Of a stretch of 64,000 nt of DNA, positions 11,877 to 21,679 are shown piece after piece. The position numbers were made by a program, and so were the translations under genes. Every line of letters starts with the position of its first letter. Within the stretch, counting starts at the first letter, position 1. The notes below the pieces were generated by a model. That model was given only the letters and a program-made list of their open reading frames with translations, had not been told where the DNA came from and did not search any database. Source of the stretch: an uncultured Gemmatimonadaceae bacterium. GTDB taxonomy: Bacteria; Gemmatimonadota; Gemmatimonadetes; Gemmatimonadales; Gemmatimonadaceae. The stretch covers positions 1,472,001-1,536,000 of the forward strand of contig OY970320.1 in assembly GCA_963716745.1 (NCBI GenBank), given 5' to 3'.

Positions 11877-13535
11877 ATGTTCCGAGCGTTACGCCCCCTG
11901 TGCCGCGCCGTCGCCACGCTGTCGCTGCTCGCGGCGGCGTGCTCGTACCCGACGGACAACAGCGCGGGCGCGTGGGTGACGATCACCGCACCGCCGCTGA
12001 TCATTCGCGGCGCGGACACGGTGCTCACGGCGCACGTCTTCCTGCTCGAACACGGGAAGGACACCGTGGAGGTGAAGAACGTCGAGGTCACGTGGACCAC
12101 CGGCGACCCGACGCTCGCGTCGATCACCCCGCTCACGAGCCGCACGGCGCGCGTGACCGGCGTGAATCCGGGCTTCGTCACGATCACCGCGTCCGCACCC
12201 ACGCTGCAGAGCGCGAAGCCCTCGGCGTTGGTGCTCCGCGTGTCGAATCCGCTCGCGCTCGACGGCATCTCGCCCGACACGGTGAAGTACGGCGCGCAAC
12301 TCACCGTGACCGGCCCGGGCGCCGAGAACGTGGACGTGCTCTTCCTGGGCCCGCAGGCGCTGGCGCTGAACGGCTTCTCGCCCACCAGGAACGACACGCT
12401 CGGCACCGGGACGAGCAGCTTCTGGGTGCCCTTCCCCGCGCGAAGCTCCGACACCATCACCGCGATCGGCAACGGGATCGTCACCGGACTCCGTCACCCG
12501 ATCGTGGTGATCGACACGATGGACATCTTCGATCCGAACAGTTCGACGCCGGCCGTGATCGACATCGACCAGCGCCCGTTCCACAAGCCGGGCAGCTCCG
12601 GCACGTTCGCGGATGTCGTCGCGTTCATCAATCCGGCGCTCTTCGCCGAAGATCCGCGCACGGCCCCGTTCCGCGACGATTGGTTCCGCTTCACCACCAC
12701 GCACCCCGACTCCGCTTTCACGTTCGTGTACGTCGCGCCTGGCCTGTTCGGCCGGGAGGCGACGTTCCTGAGTTCCCCGGTGACCGCGTCCACGCTCGTC
12801 ACGCCCGACTGGAGCTACGGCAGCGGCCACTACAATTGCAAAGGCTACTCGTTCGCGCCGGGCGAGGAGATCAACAACGGATTCCAGGTCGCGTTCACGA
12901 GACTGCCGCCCGGCGGCGTGGATCTCGTCTCGCTCTTCATCGACCGTGGGGCGTATGAGGTCGCGGTGGTGGCGGTATACGCCGGCGCGAATGGCACGCA
13001 CCCCGACCGGTTCGGCGGCGCCAACACGTGCGATCTCGCGGATGAGAACTTCGCGAACCCGGCGCTCACGATCGATCTCAGCTCTACGTTCTCCGACACC
13101 CTCACGATCGACAACGCCTTCGGGCTGGACTGGCTGCGTTTCCACGTCGCGGGACCGGGAACACAGACCGTGCTCGTGAAGATGGCGTCGCGCAAATTCC
13201 CGGACATCACGGGCATTCCCTCGGTGAATCTCTATGTGTTGAACGTCCCGACGTCGAGCGTTCCGCTGTCGATCCTGCAGAGTGCGACGGGCGGCGGTTT
13301 GAATAAATCGCTCTCGGTCTCTCTCGCCGCGGGCGATTACTATCTCGTCGCGCACGACTCCGTTGGCGTTCCGGCGCGATACTCGCTATGCGTGACCGTG
13401 AATGTGTCGTGCGCGCTCACGCCGCTCCCGGATGTCGCGGCGGCCGCGCCCGACGTCGTGCGGAAAGCGCCGAGCCCGTATCTGCGATTCGACTCACTGC
13501 TCGCCGCCGCGCGTAAACGCCGCACGCGCCAATGA
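11877..13535 (+). CDS. Lipoprotein with Ig-like beta-sandwich domains
   Basis: Lipobox 'LAAAC'; Ig-like 'VTWTTGDPTLASI..VTGVNPG.VTITAS'; PPC-like 'DWLRF..LAAGDYYL'. Confidence 0.7.
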   Translation: MFRALRPLCRAVATLSLLAAACSYPTDNSAGAWVTITAPPLIIRGADTVLTAHVFLLEHGKDTVEVKNVEVTWTTGDPTLASITPLTSRTARVTGVNPGFVTITASAPTLQSAKPSALVLRVSNPLALDGISPDTVKYGAQLTVTGPGAENVDVLFLGPQALALNGFSPTRNDTLGTGTSSFWVPFPARSSDTITAIGNGIVTGLRHPIVVIDTMDIFDPNSSTPAVIDIDQRPFHKPGSSGTFADVVAFINPALFAEDPRTAPFRDDWFRFTTTHPDSAFTFVYVAPGLFGREATFLSSPVTASTLVTPDWSYGSGHYNCKGYSFAPGEEINNGFQVAFTRLPPGGVDLVSLFIDRGAYEVAVVAVYAGANGTHPDRFGGANTCDLADENFANPALTIDLSSTFSDTLTIDNAFGLDWLRFHVAGPGTQTVLVKMASRKFPDITGIPSVNLYVLNVPTSSVPLSILQSATGGGLNKSLSVSLAAGDYYLVAHDSVGVPARYSLCVTVNVSCALTPLPDVAAAAPDVVRKAPSPYLRFDSLLAAARKRRTRQ

Positions 13536-14977
13536 GCCAGCTCCTGGAGCGCCTCACGCGCTCGCTCGCGGGCCGCTACACCGGCATCGAACTGCTCGGC
13601 GCCGGCGGCATGGCGTCCGTGTTCCGCGCGCACGACATCGCGCTCGACCGCACCGTCGCGATCAAGGTGCTGCCGCCGGACCTCGCGCCTGAGGACCGCT
13701 TGATCTCGCGCTTCGAGCAGGAGGCGAAGCTCGCGGCGAAGCTCGACCATCCGAACATCATCCCGATCTATCGCGTCGAGAGCGAGAACGGGCTCAACTA
13801 CTTCGTGATGAAGTACGTGTCGGGCAAGTCGCTCGACGCCATCTTGATCCCGGGACGGCCGCTGGACGTGGAGTTCACGATGCGCGTGCTCCTCGACGCC
13901 GCCGCGGCGCTCGGCCACGCGCATCAGCGCGGCGTGGTGCACCGCGATGTGAAGCCCGCGAACATCATGATCGACAGCGATGAGCGCGTGATCCTCACCG
14001 ATTTCGGCATCTCCAAAGCGATGGAGACCGCGAGCGGCATCACGAAGACCGGGATCATCGTGGGCACGCCGCATTACATGGCGCCCGAGCAGGCGATGGG
14101 CGGCGCCGTGGATGGACGCGCCGACCAATACGCGCTCGCGTGCGTGGGCTATCGAATGCTGACCGGCGAGCTGCCCTTCCCCGGCGACGTGGCGCACGCG
14201 GTGCTGCACCGCCACATCTACGAGCAGGCGAAGCCGCTGGCCGCGCGCCGCGCCGACGCGCCGCCGGCGATGGTCGCGGCGATCACGCGGGCGATGCTGA
14301 AGGAACCCGCCGCACGCTATGCCGACATGGATGAATTCGCGGCGGCGCTCGAGGGACGTGCGCGCTCGTCGCGCAGCGGAGCGCGCCCGCGCACGATCGC
14401 GCCGACCGTGGCCGTCGAGGCGGCGACCGGGCCGACCAGCTCCGGCACGGTGGAGTTCGAGCGGAGCCTGGCGCGCAGCCGCCGCTGGCGCATGGCGCGC
14501 TGGGCGGGCGCGCTCGTGCTCGTCGCGGCGGCGGGTGCGGCGATTGCGCGGCGACAGAACGCGCCGCCGCCGGTCGCGCCACCGTCAGCGGCCGCGCACG
14601 ATACCGTAGCGTCCGTGACGACCGCCGCGGCGGCGTCCGACAGCACGCGCGCCGGAACGGTCGCGCCGCCCGCCGCGCCGCCGGCCGCGCCACCGCGTGC
14701 CGTCCCGGTGGTCCGTCCCGCGTCGCCCAAGCCCGCGCCGCCAGCGCCCGAAGCGGCGTTCGCATCGCTCACGGTGGACGCGGATCCGTACGGCACGGTG
14801 TACGTGAACGGGCATCCACTCGGCCCAACGCCGGTGGAGAATTATCGTCTCACAGTCGGTGCGACCTACGAGATCAGCGTGGAGCGCGAGGGATACAAGA
14901 CCAAGAAAGAGACGATCCACGTGACGCGTCCCGACGAGGTGCATCGCAAATACGTGCTCGACCCGGTGCAGCCGTGA
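13532..14977 (+). CDS. Hanks-type Ser/Thr protein kinase with TM segment and C-terminal PEGA domain
   Basis: 'LGAGGMASV', 'VAIK', 'HRDVKPANI', 'DFG', 'GTPHYMAPEQ'; PEGA-like 'VYVNG..LGPTP..YEISVEREGY'. Confidence 0.93.
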   Translation: MSQLLERLTRSLAGRYTGIELLGAGGMASVFRAHDIALDRTVAIKVLPPDLAPEDRLISRFEQEAKLAAKLDHPNIIPIYRVESENGLNYFVMKYVSGKSLDAILIPGRPLDVEFTMRVLLDAAAALGHAHQRGVVHRDVKPANIMIDSDERVILTDFGISKAMETASGITKTGIIVGTPHYMAPEQAMGGAVDGRADQYALACVGYRMLTGELPFPGDVAHAVLHRHIYEQAKPLAARRADAPPAMVAAITRAMLKEPAARYADMDEFAAALEGRARSSRSGARPRTIAPTVAVEAATGPTSSGTVEFERSLARSRRWRMARWAGALVLVAAAGAAIARRQNAPPPVAPPSAAAHDTVASVTTAAAASDSTRAGTVAPPAAPPAAPPRAVPVVRPASPKPAPPAPEAAFASLTVDADPYGTVYVNGHPLGPTPVENYRLTVGATYEISVEREGYKTKKETIHVTRPDEVHRKYVLDPVQP

Positions 14978-15996
14978 TGCGCGCCCGCGCGCTGATCTGC
15001 GCGCTCGCCGTTGCCGCGCCCGCGCTCGCGGCGCAAGAGAACGCGCTCGTACGCCAGGCGGTGGCCGCGTACGATGACCTGGACCGTGCCACCGCCATCA
15101 AACTGGTGAACCGCGCGCTCGCGGAGCGCCTCTCGAACGCCGACCGAGCGCGCGCGTACGAGGTGCTCGCGTTCTCGTATGCCGCGCTCGACTCCGTTCG
15201 CCAGGCGACGGCGGCGTTCAAGCAGATGCTCGTGATCGACGCCGATGCCGATCTCGACCCGGGGCGCATCTCCCCCAAGATCACGGGCGCGTTCGCGCTC
15301 GCGCTCGGCCAGGTGCTGGTCGTGCGCAAGGTGCAGATCGACAGCGCCGCGTTCATCGCCGGCACGGAGAACGTTCCCGTGGTGTTCACCGTCACGCATC
15401 CCGCGCGCGTGCGCGTGCGCATCGTCGGCGCGGGCGGCGATGTGCTCATCGATTCCGCCGTGAGCCCTGGGCCCACGCTCACCAAGTGGAACGGACTCAT
15501 GGCGGACGGGCGTGCCGCGGTATCGGGTGATTACCGGATGGTGATCGAAGCGAGCGCCGGCAGCGACCTGTACTCGCGCGCGATCCCCTTCCGCGTCGCC
15601 GCTGCGCCGGTGGACACGCTGCCCCACCTCACGTCGCTGCCGGGCTACGACCTGCTGCCCGAGATGACGGAGCCGCCGCGCAGCTGGCGCCCGCTCGGCA
15701 TCGCGGCGCTCGTCACCGCCGGCGTCGCCGGCGCGACGCTGGCGCTCAACAACTCGAAGCTCGGCAGCGCATCGCAAACGCCGCTGCTCATCGTGAGCGG
15801 CAGCGCGCTGCTCGTGGGCGGGCTCGCGGTGGCGAAGAAACCGGCGGCCGTGCCGAACACCGCCAACATCCGGTACAACAATTTGGTGAAGGAACAGTTG
15901 GCGAAGCAGAACGCCGAGATCGTGAAGGAGAACGCGCGACGGCGCACCGAAGTGCGGCTCGCGATCACGGTGCTCGCCGAGGCGGGCGGATCGTGA
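14974..15996 (+). CDS. Secreted protein with a TPR-like N-terminus, FlgD-Ig-like middle and hydrophobic C-terminal hairpin
   Basis: Signal peptide ending 'ALAA-Q'; 'WNGLMADGR..SGDY' FlgD-like motif; coupled to both neighbours. Confidence 0.6.
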   Translation: MMRARALICALAVAAPALAAQENALVRQAVAAYDDLDRATAIKLVNRALAERLSNADRARAYEVLAFSYAALDSVRQATAAFKQMLVIDADADLDPGRISPKITGAFALALGQVLVVRKVQIDSAAFIAGTENVPVVFTVTHPARVRVRIVGAGGDVLIDSAVSPGPTLTKWNGLMADGRAAVSGDYRMVIEASAGSDLYSRAIPFRVAAAPVDTLPHLTSLPGYDLLPEMTEPPRSWRPLGIAALVTAGVAGATLALNNSKLGSASQTPLLIVSGSALLVGGLAVAKKPAAVPNTANIRYNNLVKEQLAKQNAEIVKENARRRTEVRLAITVLAEAGGS

Positions 15997-16646
15997 GCGC
16001 CTCGTGCCGGCTCCGCGCCGCGATCGCGCTCGTTGTCGGCGGCGCGTTCACGGCGCATGCGCAGACGATCGTGGCCGGCGTCCAGGCCGCGGGCGGGGCA
16101 TACCAGGAACAAGGGCCGGCACTCGATTTCACCGGCTGGGGACCCGCACTCTCGCTCGATGGGAGTTGGAAGAACTACGAGGTCGATCTGAGCCTGCTGC
16201 GCATCTCCTTCTCGCCGTCGAGCGCGTCATCGGACGCCGATGGCTTCGACATGACGCAATTCGACGGGCGCGCGCGCTGGTCCATCAACGCGATGTGGAG
16301 CGTCGAAGCCGGTTATCTCCAACGCACCATCGCGCCCACGACGGCGGCACAGGGCATGAGCGTGATCCCGGTGGGCGGGCGGATCGCCTTCGATCTCGCG
16401 CCCGGCGCGAAGATCTCCGCGCACGTCGACTATCTGGCCGCGGCGAAGTTCTCCGGCGGCGGCACGGCGCCGTTCGCGCTCGAGCTGGGGCTGAACACCT
16501 ACTACGCGCCGGGCGCCGGCACGCTGCGCTTCACCGCGGACTTCGCGTTCGACCGGATCGACCGTCAGACGACATCGGGCGGCGTCACGTCGGCGGTGCC
16601 GATCCAGAGCTCGATCGTCACACTCGGCGTCGCGCTCGCGTTCTAA
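15993..16646 (+). CDS. Putative small outer-membrane beta-barrel protein
   Basis: Signal peptide 'AHA-Q'; alternating beta-strand pattern; C-terminal Phe ('LGVALAF'). Confidence 0.65.
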   Translation: MSASCRLRAAIALVVGGAFTAHAQTIVAGVQAAGGAYQEQGPALDFTGWGPALSLDGSWKNYEVDLSLLRISFSPSSASSDADGFDMTQFDGRARWSINAMWSVEAGYLQRTIAPTTAAQGMSVIPVGGRIAFDLAPGAKISAHVDYLAAAKFSGGGTAPFALELGLNTYYAPGAGTLRFTADFAFDRIDRQTTSGGVTSAVPIQSSIVTLGVALAF

Positions 16647-17912
16647 AGCGCGGGGCGCGGCACCTCGTATCGGTCGCGCAGCGGCATTAGCGTCTTGCAT
16701 GCAGGCTGCAATCCCCAATTGCACGCGCGCAAATAGAAGCGCCGCGCGGCCGACGTATCTGCCTTCGCGAGGAACGCGTTGGCGATCGCGAGGCACTTCG
16801 CGTTCGTCGCGTTCGGCCGCGGACCCTGACAGTCGTCGCTGTACCACCGGTCGGCGTCCACGCTGCCCTGCACGCGTTCTATGAACGCGATCTTGTAGCA
16901 GCCCATGCCGTTGTACTCGCACGCCACCTTGAACGATCGCAGTGCGGAAGCCGTGTCGCGGCCATTGAGTTGAAGGTCGCCGAGCGTTTCGCAGGATGAG
17001 AGCTCACCCTGCCGGCAGGCCATATCGAGCGCCTGCGACGCCCCGGGAATGTCGCCGGTGGCGCGAAGCGACTTGCCCAACCCTTCGCAGCTTGCGCGCT
17101 CGCCGCTGCGAGCACGCAATGAGATACAGCTCCGCCGCCTGCGTAGGCGTCAGGCTGACGTTCGGATCGTGCGCGATGCGATAGCAGTACTGCCTCGGGC
17201 GCGCCGAGCAGGCGCGCGCGAACAGGGGCATGGCCGCCGTGGAGTCGTGCCGCTTCCACGCGGCGTACCCGAGCGCGGCGCAGGCCTCAGGTGCGCTGAG
17301 GCTGTCACCTTTCTCGCAGAGGTCGCGCGCCGGCCCCAGCGCCGCGCCGCGCTGCGGTACGATATTCGCGAACTCCCGGCATGCATACTGATCGCCGCGG
17401 CCGCAGGGTTCGCCGTAGTAGTCGGCGCGTCGGTACCACTGGGTGCCGAGCATTCCCGCGATGAGCACTCCCAACAGGATGACCGCGTCCCATCGCGGCG
17501 CGCTGAACGCCTCACGCGCGGGGGCGCTCAGCATGCCCGCGGCGAACAGGGCGAAGAAGATCCCGAACACGACCGGCACGACAACGAGCACCCACGCGAC
17601 CGTCGAGACCATTGCTTCGACGCCGTTCGACGAATGCATGCCGTGCGAGAACTCGAGCACCATCAGGTAGAGCAGCACGATGTTGAACAGGACCATCGCG
17701 GCGCTCACGACCACTGCTGCCCATCGCGCGACGCGCGATCGGAGCGCGAGCCCTGCGCTCGTGGCGGCGAGCAGCACGCCCACCGCGAGGAAGGGCGGCT
17801 GCCAATGCAGGAGCGCGCGCCCCGACAATAGGAAACAGACGGCGGCCGCGATCCCGAAGAAGACCGCCGGGATGGCGGGCGCGCGCACGAGCGCGGCGCG
17901 GCGGTCAGGCAT
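16643..17912 (-). CDS. Membrane protein with Cys-paired Sel1-like repeats; one frameshift near 17111
   Basis: About five N-terminal TM helices, then 8 'AC..G...C..LG'-type repeats spread over two frames; removing one base near 17111 joins them. Confidence 0.72.
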
Positions 17913-18849
17913 AGAAATACCGAGTGAGATGGAAGAACACCGGCGCCGAGAAGCAGAGCGAATCGATGCGGTCGAGCACGCCGCCGTGGCCCTCGATGAT
18001 CGCGCCGAAATCCTTCACGCCGCGATCGCGCTTGATCGCGCTCATGATGAGCCCGCCGGCGAATCCGAGGAGCGCGATCGCGAGCGCCATGAGGCCGGCG
18101 ACGAGCGGCGAGAACGGCGTCGCCCACCAGATCGCCGCACCGACGAGCGTGGCCGTCGCGACGCCGCCAATGAAGCCCTCCCAGGTCTTGTTCGGGCTCA
18201 CGTTGGGCGCGATCGGGTGTTTGCCGAAGGTCTTCCCGAACACGTACTGGAACACGTCGCTGATCTGTCCCACGATCACGAGGAAGAGGAGCAGCTTGGC
18301 GTCGCCGACGTAGCCTTGGATCGGCAGGAACAGGAGCGCCGGAGCGAAGCTCAGGCAATACACGCACGCCATGAGCCCCCACGTGATCACGCCGGTGCGC
18401 TCGAGGAAGAGCTTCGTGTCGCCCGATGCGGCGGCGATCACCGCGATGAAGATGAGCGCGTACACCGGCAGGAAGATCGAGTACAGCCCGTACCAGTCGA
18501 TCCAGATGAAATAGTACTGCAGCGGCGTGAACAGGAAGAAACTCCAGAAGATGATGTGCGCATCGCCGGGCTGCGTGGGCGCGATGGTCATGTACTCGCG
18601 CAGCGCGAGCAGCGAGAGCAGCGTGAAGAGCACGAGCGATCCCGCGCCGCCGGTCATCACGGCGATCCCGAACACCACGCACATGAGCCACCACGCGCGC
18701 ACGCGTGCGTTGAGGTTGTTCACGGTGGCGCGCCCGCGTTCGCTCTTCACCGTGCGCGACAGTGCGAAGCCCGCGATCGACGCCACGATCAGCAGTGCGA
18801 ACACGCCCTCCAGCAATTCCCGCAGCGCGACATCGTGCCAGGGCGTCAT
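17905..18849 (-). CDS. Phosphatidate cytidylyltransferase (YnbB/CdsA-like)
   Basis: 'SDVFQY.FGK', 'SPNKTWEG', 'SAIKRDRGVKDFG..I.GHGGVLDRIDS'. Confidence 0.93.
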   Translation of the reverse strand: MTPWHDVALRELLEGVFALLIVASIAGFALSRTVKSERGRATVNNLNARVRAWWLMCVVFGIAVMTGGAGSLVLFTLLSLLALREYMTIAPTQPGDAHIIFWSFFLFTPLQYYFIWIDWYGLYSIFLPVYALIFIAVIAAASGDTKLFLERTGVITWGLMACVYCLSFAPALLFLPIQGYVGDAKLLLFLVIVGQISDVFQYVFGKTFGKHPIAPNVSPNKTWEGFIGGVATATLVGAAIWWATPFSPLVAGLMALAIALLGFAGGLIMSAIKRDRGVKDFGAIIEGHGGVLDRIDSLCFSAPVFFHLTRYFYA

Positions 18850-19481
18850 GCGTCCCTCAGCCGCACGACGGCGGCGCGCACGCGCTCCAGGAACGGCTCC
18901 TTCGCTTCGCCGGCGCCGAGCGTGATCGCCGGGCCGAAGGTCACGCGGCTCAGCAGCGGGGCCGGCAACACTTCGCCCTTGGGCAGGATGCGATTCAGGT
19001 TCGCGAGATACACAGGGATGATCTCCGCTTCGGGTCGGCGCAGAGCGAGATGGTACAGCCCCGCGCGGAACTCGGCCACTTCGCCGCCGGTGCCGCGCGT
19101 GCCCTCGGGAAATAGGATGAGCGAACTGCCATCCTCGAGCGCCGCGGCCATCTGGTCGATCGCCGTACGAGCCGCCGCGACACGCGACCCGTCGGTGCCG
19201 GAGCCGGCGGCGGGCGGACGGTCGATGAGCACGGCGCGGAACACATGCCGCGCGAGATAGCGGCGGATCGCGCCGCGCTCCCAGTAGTCGCGCCCCGCCA
19301 CCGGACGCGTGAGGCGGCGCAGCGTGGCCGGCAGCGACGACCAGAGCACGATGAAATCGAGATGGCTCGAGTGGTTCGCGACGTACACGCGCTGCCGCTC
19401 CGACGGCTCCACGCCCACCCACACCACCCGCGCGCTGCTCAGCAACTTCGTGAGCGCGACGAGGACCCACGTCGCGATCAC
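18846..19481 (-). CDS. Lysophospholipid acyltransferase (PlsC family)
   Basis: HX4D motif 'NHSSHLD' and 'FPEGTRG'; GTGA/ATGA overlaps with neighbours. Confidence 0.92.
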   Translation of the reverse strand: MIATWVLVALTKLLSSARVVWVGVEPSERQRVYVANHSSHLDFIVLWSSLPATLRRLTRPVAGRDYWERGAIRRYLARHVFRAVLIDRPPAAGSGTDGSRVAAARTAIDQMAAALEDGSSLILFPEGTRGTGGEVAEFRAGLYHLALRRPEAEIIPVYLANLNRILPKGEVLPAPLLSRVTFGPAITLGAGEAKEPFLERVRAAVVRLRDA

Positions 19482-20167
19482 TGCGACAGGTCGCGCGCGA
19501 TGAACTGGGTGCGCCGCACCGCGGTCACCGCCGAACCGAGCACGATGACGATGAGCGCCGGCGCCATCACCCAACCCGGACGGAACGACTCCATCGACCA
19601 GTTCTTGGCCGTGAACGACGATGTCTGGAACGCGGCGAGGAGCGCGCCGAGGGTGATCACGAACATCCGGTGCTGCTTGGCCATGGGTCCGGTGAAGTAC
19701 TGCGTCGTGCCCAGCGCTCCGCCGAGCACGCGGATATACGCAGTGAGCATCGCGAGCAGCGCGGCGCACCAGCCGAGCGCCGATCCGCCGGGCACGAGCC
19801 ACTCCACCGAATAGCCGGCGCCCACGAGGATGAACGAATCGGAGAGCCGGTCGGGGATGTCGTTCCACATCTCACCGAGCTTGCCCTTCATCCCGTGCTC
19901 GATCGCGAGCAGTCCGTCCAGCATGTTGCAGAGGAGGCGCAGCTGCACGCAGAGCGCGCCGAGCAGCCAGAAGCGCGCGGGGTTCGCGGTGTCGGGCGTC
20001 ACGTTCATGAACGCGAGGCCCGCGAGCGCCGCGAACACGACGCCGGCGACCGAGACCTGGTTGGGCGTCGCGCCCGATCGCGCGAGCATGGCCGCGAGTT
20101 TCGCCGCCCATGCCTTCTGGCGGGTCTTGAGGAACCGCCTGGACGGTCCGGTCGTGGGCTCGGTCAT
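19478..20167 (-). CDS. CDP-alcohol phosphatidyltransferase family protein (YnbA-like)
   Basis: 'TPNQVS', 'RLLCNMLDGLLA..GEMWNDIPDRLSD', 'GPMAKQHR'. Confidence 0.88.
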   Translation of the reverse strand: MTEPTTGPSRRFLKTRQKAWAAKLAAMLARSGATPNQVSVAGVVFAALAGLAFMNVTPDTANPARFWLLGALCVQLRLLCNMLDGLLAIEHGMKGKLGEMWNDIPDRLSDSFILVGAGYSVEWLVPGGSALGWCAALLAMLTAYIRVLGGALGTTQYFTGPMAKQHRMFVITLGALLAAFQTSSFTAKNWSMESFRPGWVMAPALIVIVLGSAVTAVRRTQFIARDLSQ

Positions 20168-20210
20168 GCCCTTAGGACGACCCGCGAGCCCCCCGGTCAG
20201 CCGGGCCTCT

Positions 20211-20248
20211 AATGAAGAGCGCCCCGCCGGAGATCCGGCGGGGCGCTC
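20211..20248 (-). terminator. Probable intrinsic terminator downstream of the DUF4136 gene at 20274-20897
   Basis: 14-bp perfect stem GAGCGCCCCGCCGG/CCGGCGGGGCGCTC (20217-20248), followed by UUCAUU on the minus strand. Confidence 0.65.
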
Positions 20249-20273
20249 CATGGTCCGGCGTGGAACGCCGTCG

Positions 20274-20897
20274 CTAGTACTGGGTCGAGCCCGGCTGCTG
20301 TCCCTTCTTGGGCGGGAAGTTGAAGAACATCTGGTTCATCGCGCTCTCGAGCTGCTGCGCACGCCCCTGCATGTCCTCGGCGATCTCGGCCTTCGCATTG
20401 CCGCGCCACACCATCTCGTTGAGCTTGGTGTCCACGAGCACCACGATCAGGTTGCCGAAGGGGATCTGCTGCTGCGTGGTGGTGGAAACGCCCACGCCGC
20501 CGTAGCCCATGCCGCCATAGTAACCGCCGTAGCCGTAGCCGCCCCAACCGCCCCAGCCCGCGCCGTAGCCGTAACCGGAGCTCACCGTGGTGTACTGCGT
20601 CTCCGAATGCTGGTTCGCGCGGTACGTGACGTAGAGCTGCGGATCGGAGGTCGCCTCCGTGAGGCCGCGCTTCTTAAGTGCCGAGTCGATCGCCGCCTTG
20701 ATCCGGTCATTGGCGAAGGGCGGAAGCGACTTGTCCACGGTATCGGGCAGGAAGGCGAAGGTCTTGTACTGCGTGAAGTCGACGTTCGGATTCCAGTCGG
20801 TATTCACCGAGACTTCGTTCGCACACGCGCCGAGCGCGGCGGCGAGCGTGGCCGCGCCGGCGAGCGCGGTGAGGGTGCGGCGGCTGATGAGCATCAC
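20274..20897 (-). CDS. DUF4136 domain lipoprotein
   Basis: Lipobox 'LGAC'; 'TDWNP.VDF..YKTF'; Gly/Tyr-rich loop; 'G.L.V.LVD....VWRG'. Confidence 0.85.
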   Translation of the reverse strand: MMLISRRTLTALAGAATLAAALGACANEVSVNTDWNPNVDFTQYKTFAFLPDTVDKSLPPFANDRIKAAIDSALKKRGLTEATSDPQLYVTYRANQHSETQYTTVSSGYGYGAGWGGWGGYGYGGYYGGMGYGGVGVSTTTQQQIPFGNLIVVLVDTKLNEMVWRGNAKAEIAEDMQGRAQQLESAMNQMFFNFPPKKGQQPGSTQY

Positions 20898-20994
20898 GGT
20901 GAACGGTCCTCGTGCAAAAGGAACGCTGCCGCCTCGTGCGGCAGGGCTGACTAGCTTACGGCGCGGCTAGGGCAAAGTTCCCGCGCCACCCTCT

Positions 20995-21035
20995 AAAACT
21001 GCGCGGCGGACCGACCCGAGGCCAGCCCGCCGCGC
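20995..21035 (-). terminator. Intrinsic terminator downstream of the DUF4136 gene at 21060-21656
   Basis: 16-bp stem that pairs fully only on the minus strand (uses G-U pairs), followed by AGUUUU. Confidence 0.7.
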
Positions 21036-21059
21036 GCCCCATGACATGGGACGAAAGTC

Positions 21060-21656
21060 CTAGAACTGGTTACTGCTCGGCATCACGCCGGCCTTCGGCG
21101 GGAACTGCGCGAACAGCTGCTGCATCGACTGTTGCACGAGCTGCGCGTTGGACTCGTTGTCGTTGAGCTGCGCGTTCGCCTCGCCGCGCCATACAAGCTG
21201 GTTCAGCTTGGGGTCGAACATCGCGAGCGTGAGCGCGCCATAGGGGATCTGCTGCGCCGTCGTGGTGGAGACGCCGCCGCCGTAGCCGCCCCAATAGCCG
21301 CCGTAGCCGCCCCACGCCGGGCCGTAGCCGTAGCCGCCGTAGCCGACGGTGGTGTACTGCGTTTGATGGCTGAGGTTGACGCGGTAGATCACGATGATCT
21401 GCGGATTGGAATCGTCGCGCGTGAGGCCGTGCGACAACATCTGATCAGCGATCGCTTGCCGGATGCGCTGCTGGGTGAAGTTCGAGTACGGCACGGTGTC
21501 GTTCTTGAACGTCCACGTCTTGTACTTCGTGAAGTCGATGGTGGTGTTCCAGTCGGTGTTCACGGTGAGCGAGCTGCAACCCAGCGCCACACAGATGGCG
21601 GCCAGCGCCGCGGCGCGCGCGATCACTTTGGCCGCTCTCACAGATGTCGTGCGCAT
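21060..21656 (-). CDS. DUF4136 domain lipoprotein (paralogue)
   Basis: Lipobox 'ALGC'; 'NTDWN..IDF.KYKTW'; GY-rich loop; 'LVWRG'. Confidence 0.85.
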   Translation of the reverse strand: MRTTSVRAAKVIARAAALAAICVALGCSSLTVNTDWNTTIDFTKYKTWTFKNDTVPYSNFTQQRIRQAIADQMLSHGLTRDDSNPQIIVIYRVNLSHQTQYTTVGYGGYGYGPAWGGYGGYWGGYGGGVSTTTAQQIPYGALTLAMFDPKLNQLVWRGEANAQLNDNESNAQLVQQSMQQLFAQFPPKAGVMPSSNQF

Positions 21657-21679
21657 TTCCGGTCTCCTCAGCAGGTGGG

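Noticed and set aside
20500..21350. GCCGTA/GCCGCC short repeats as a CRISPR or VNTR
   Set aside because: They encode the Gly/Tyr tracts of the DUF4136 proteins; there is no repeat-spacer structure and no cas gene.
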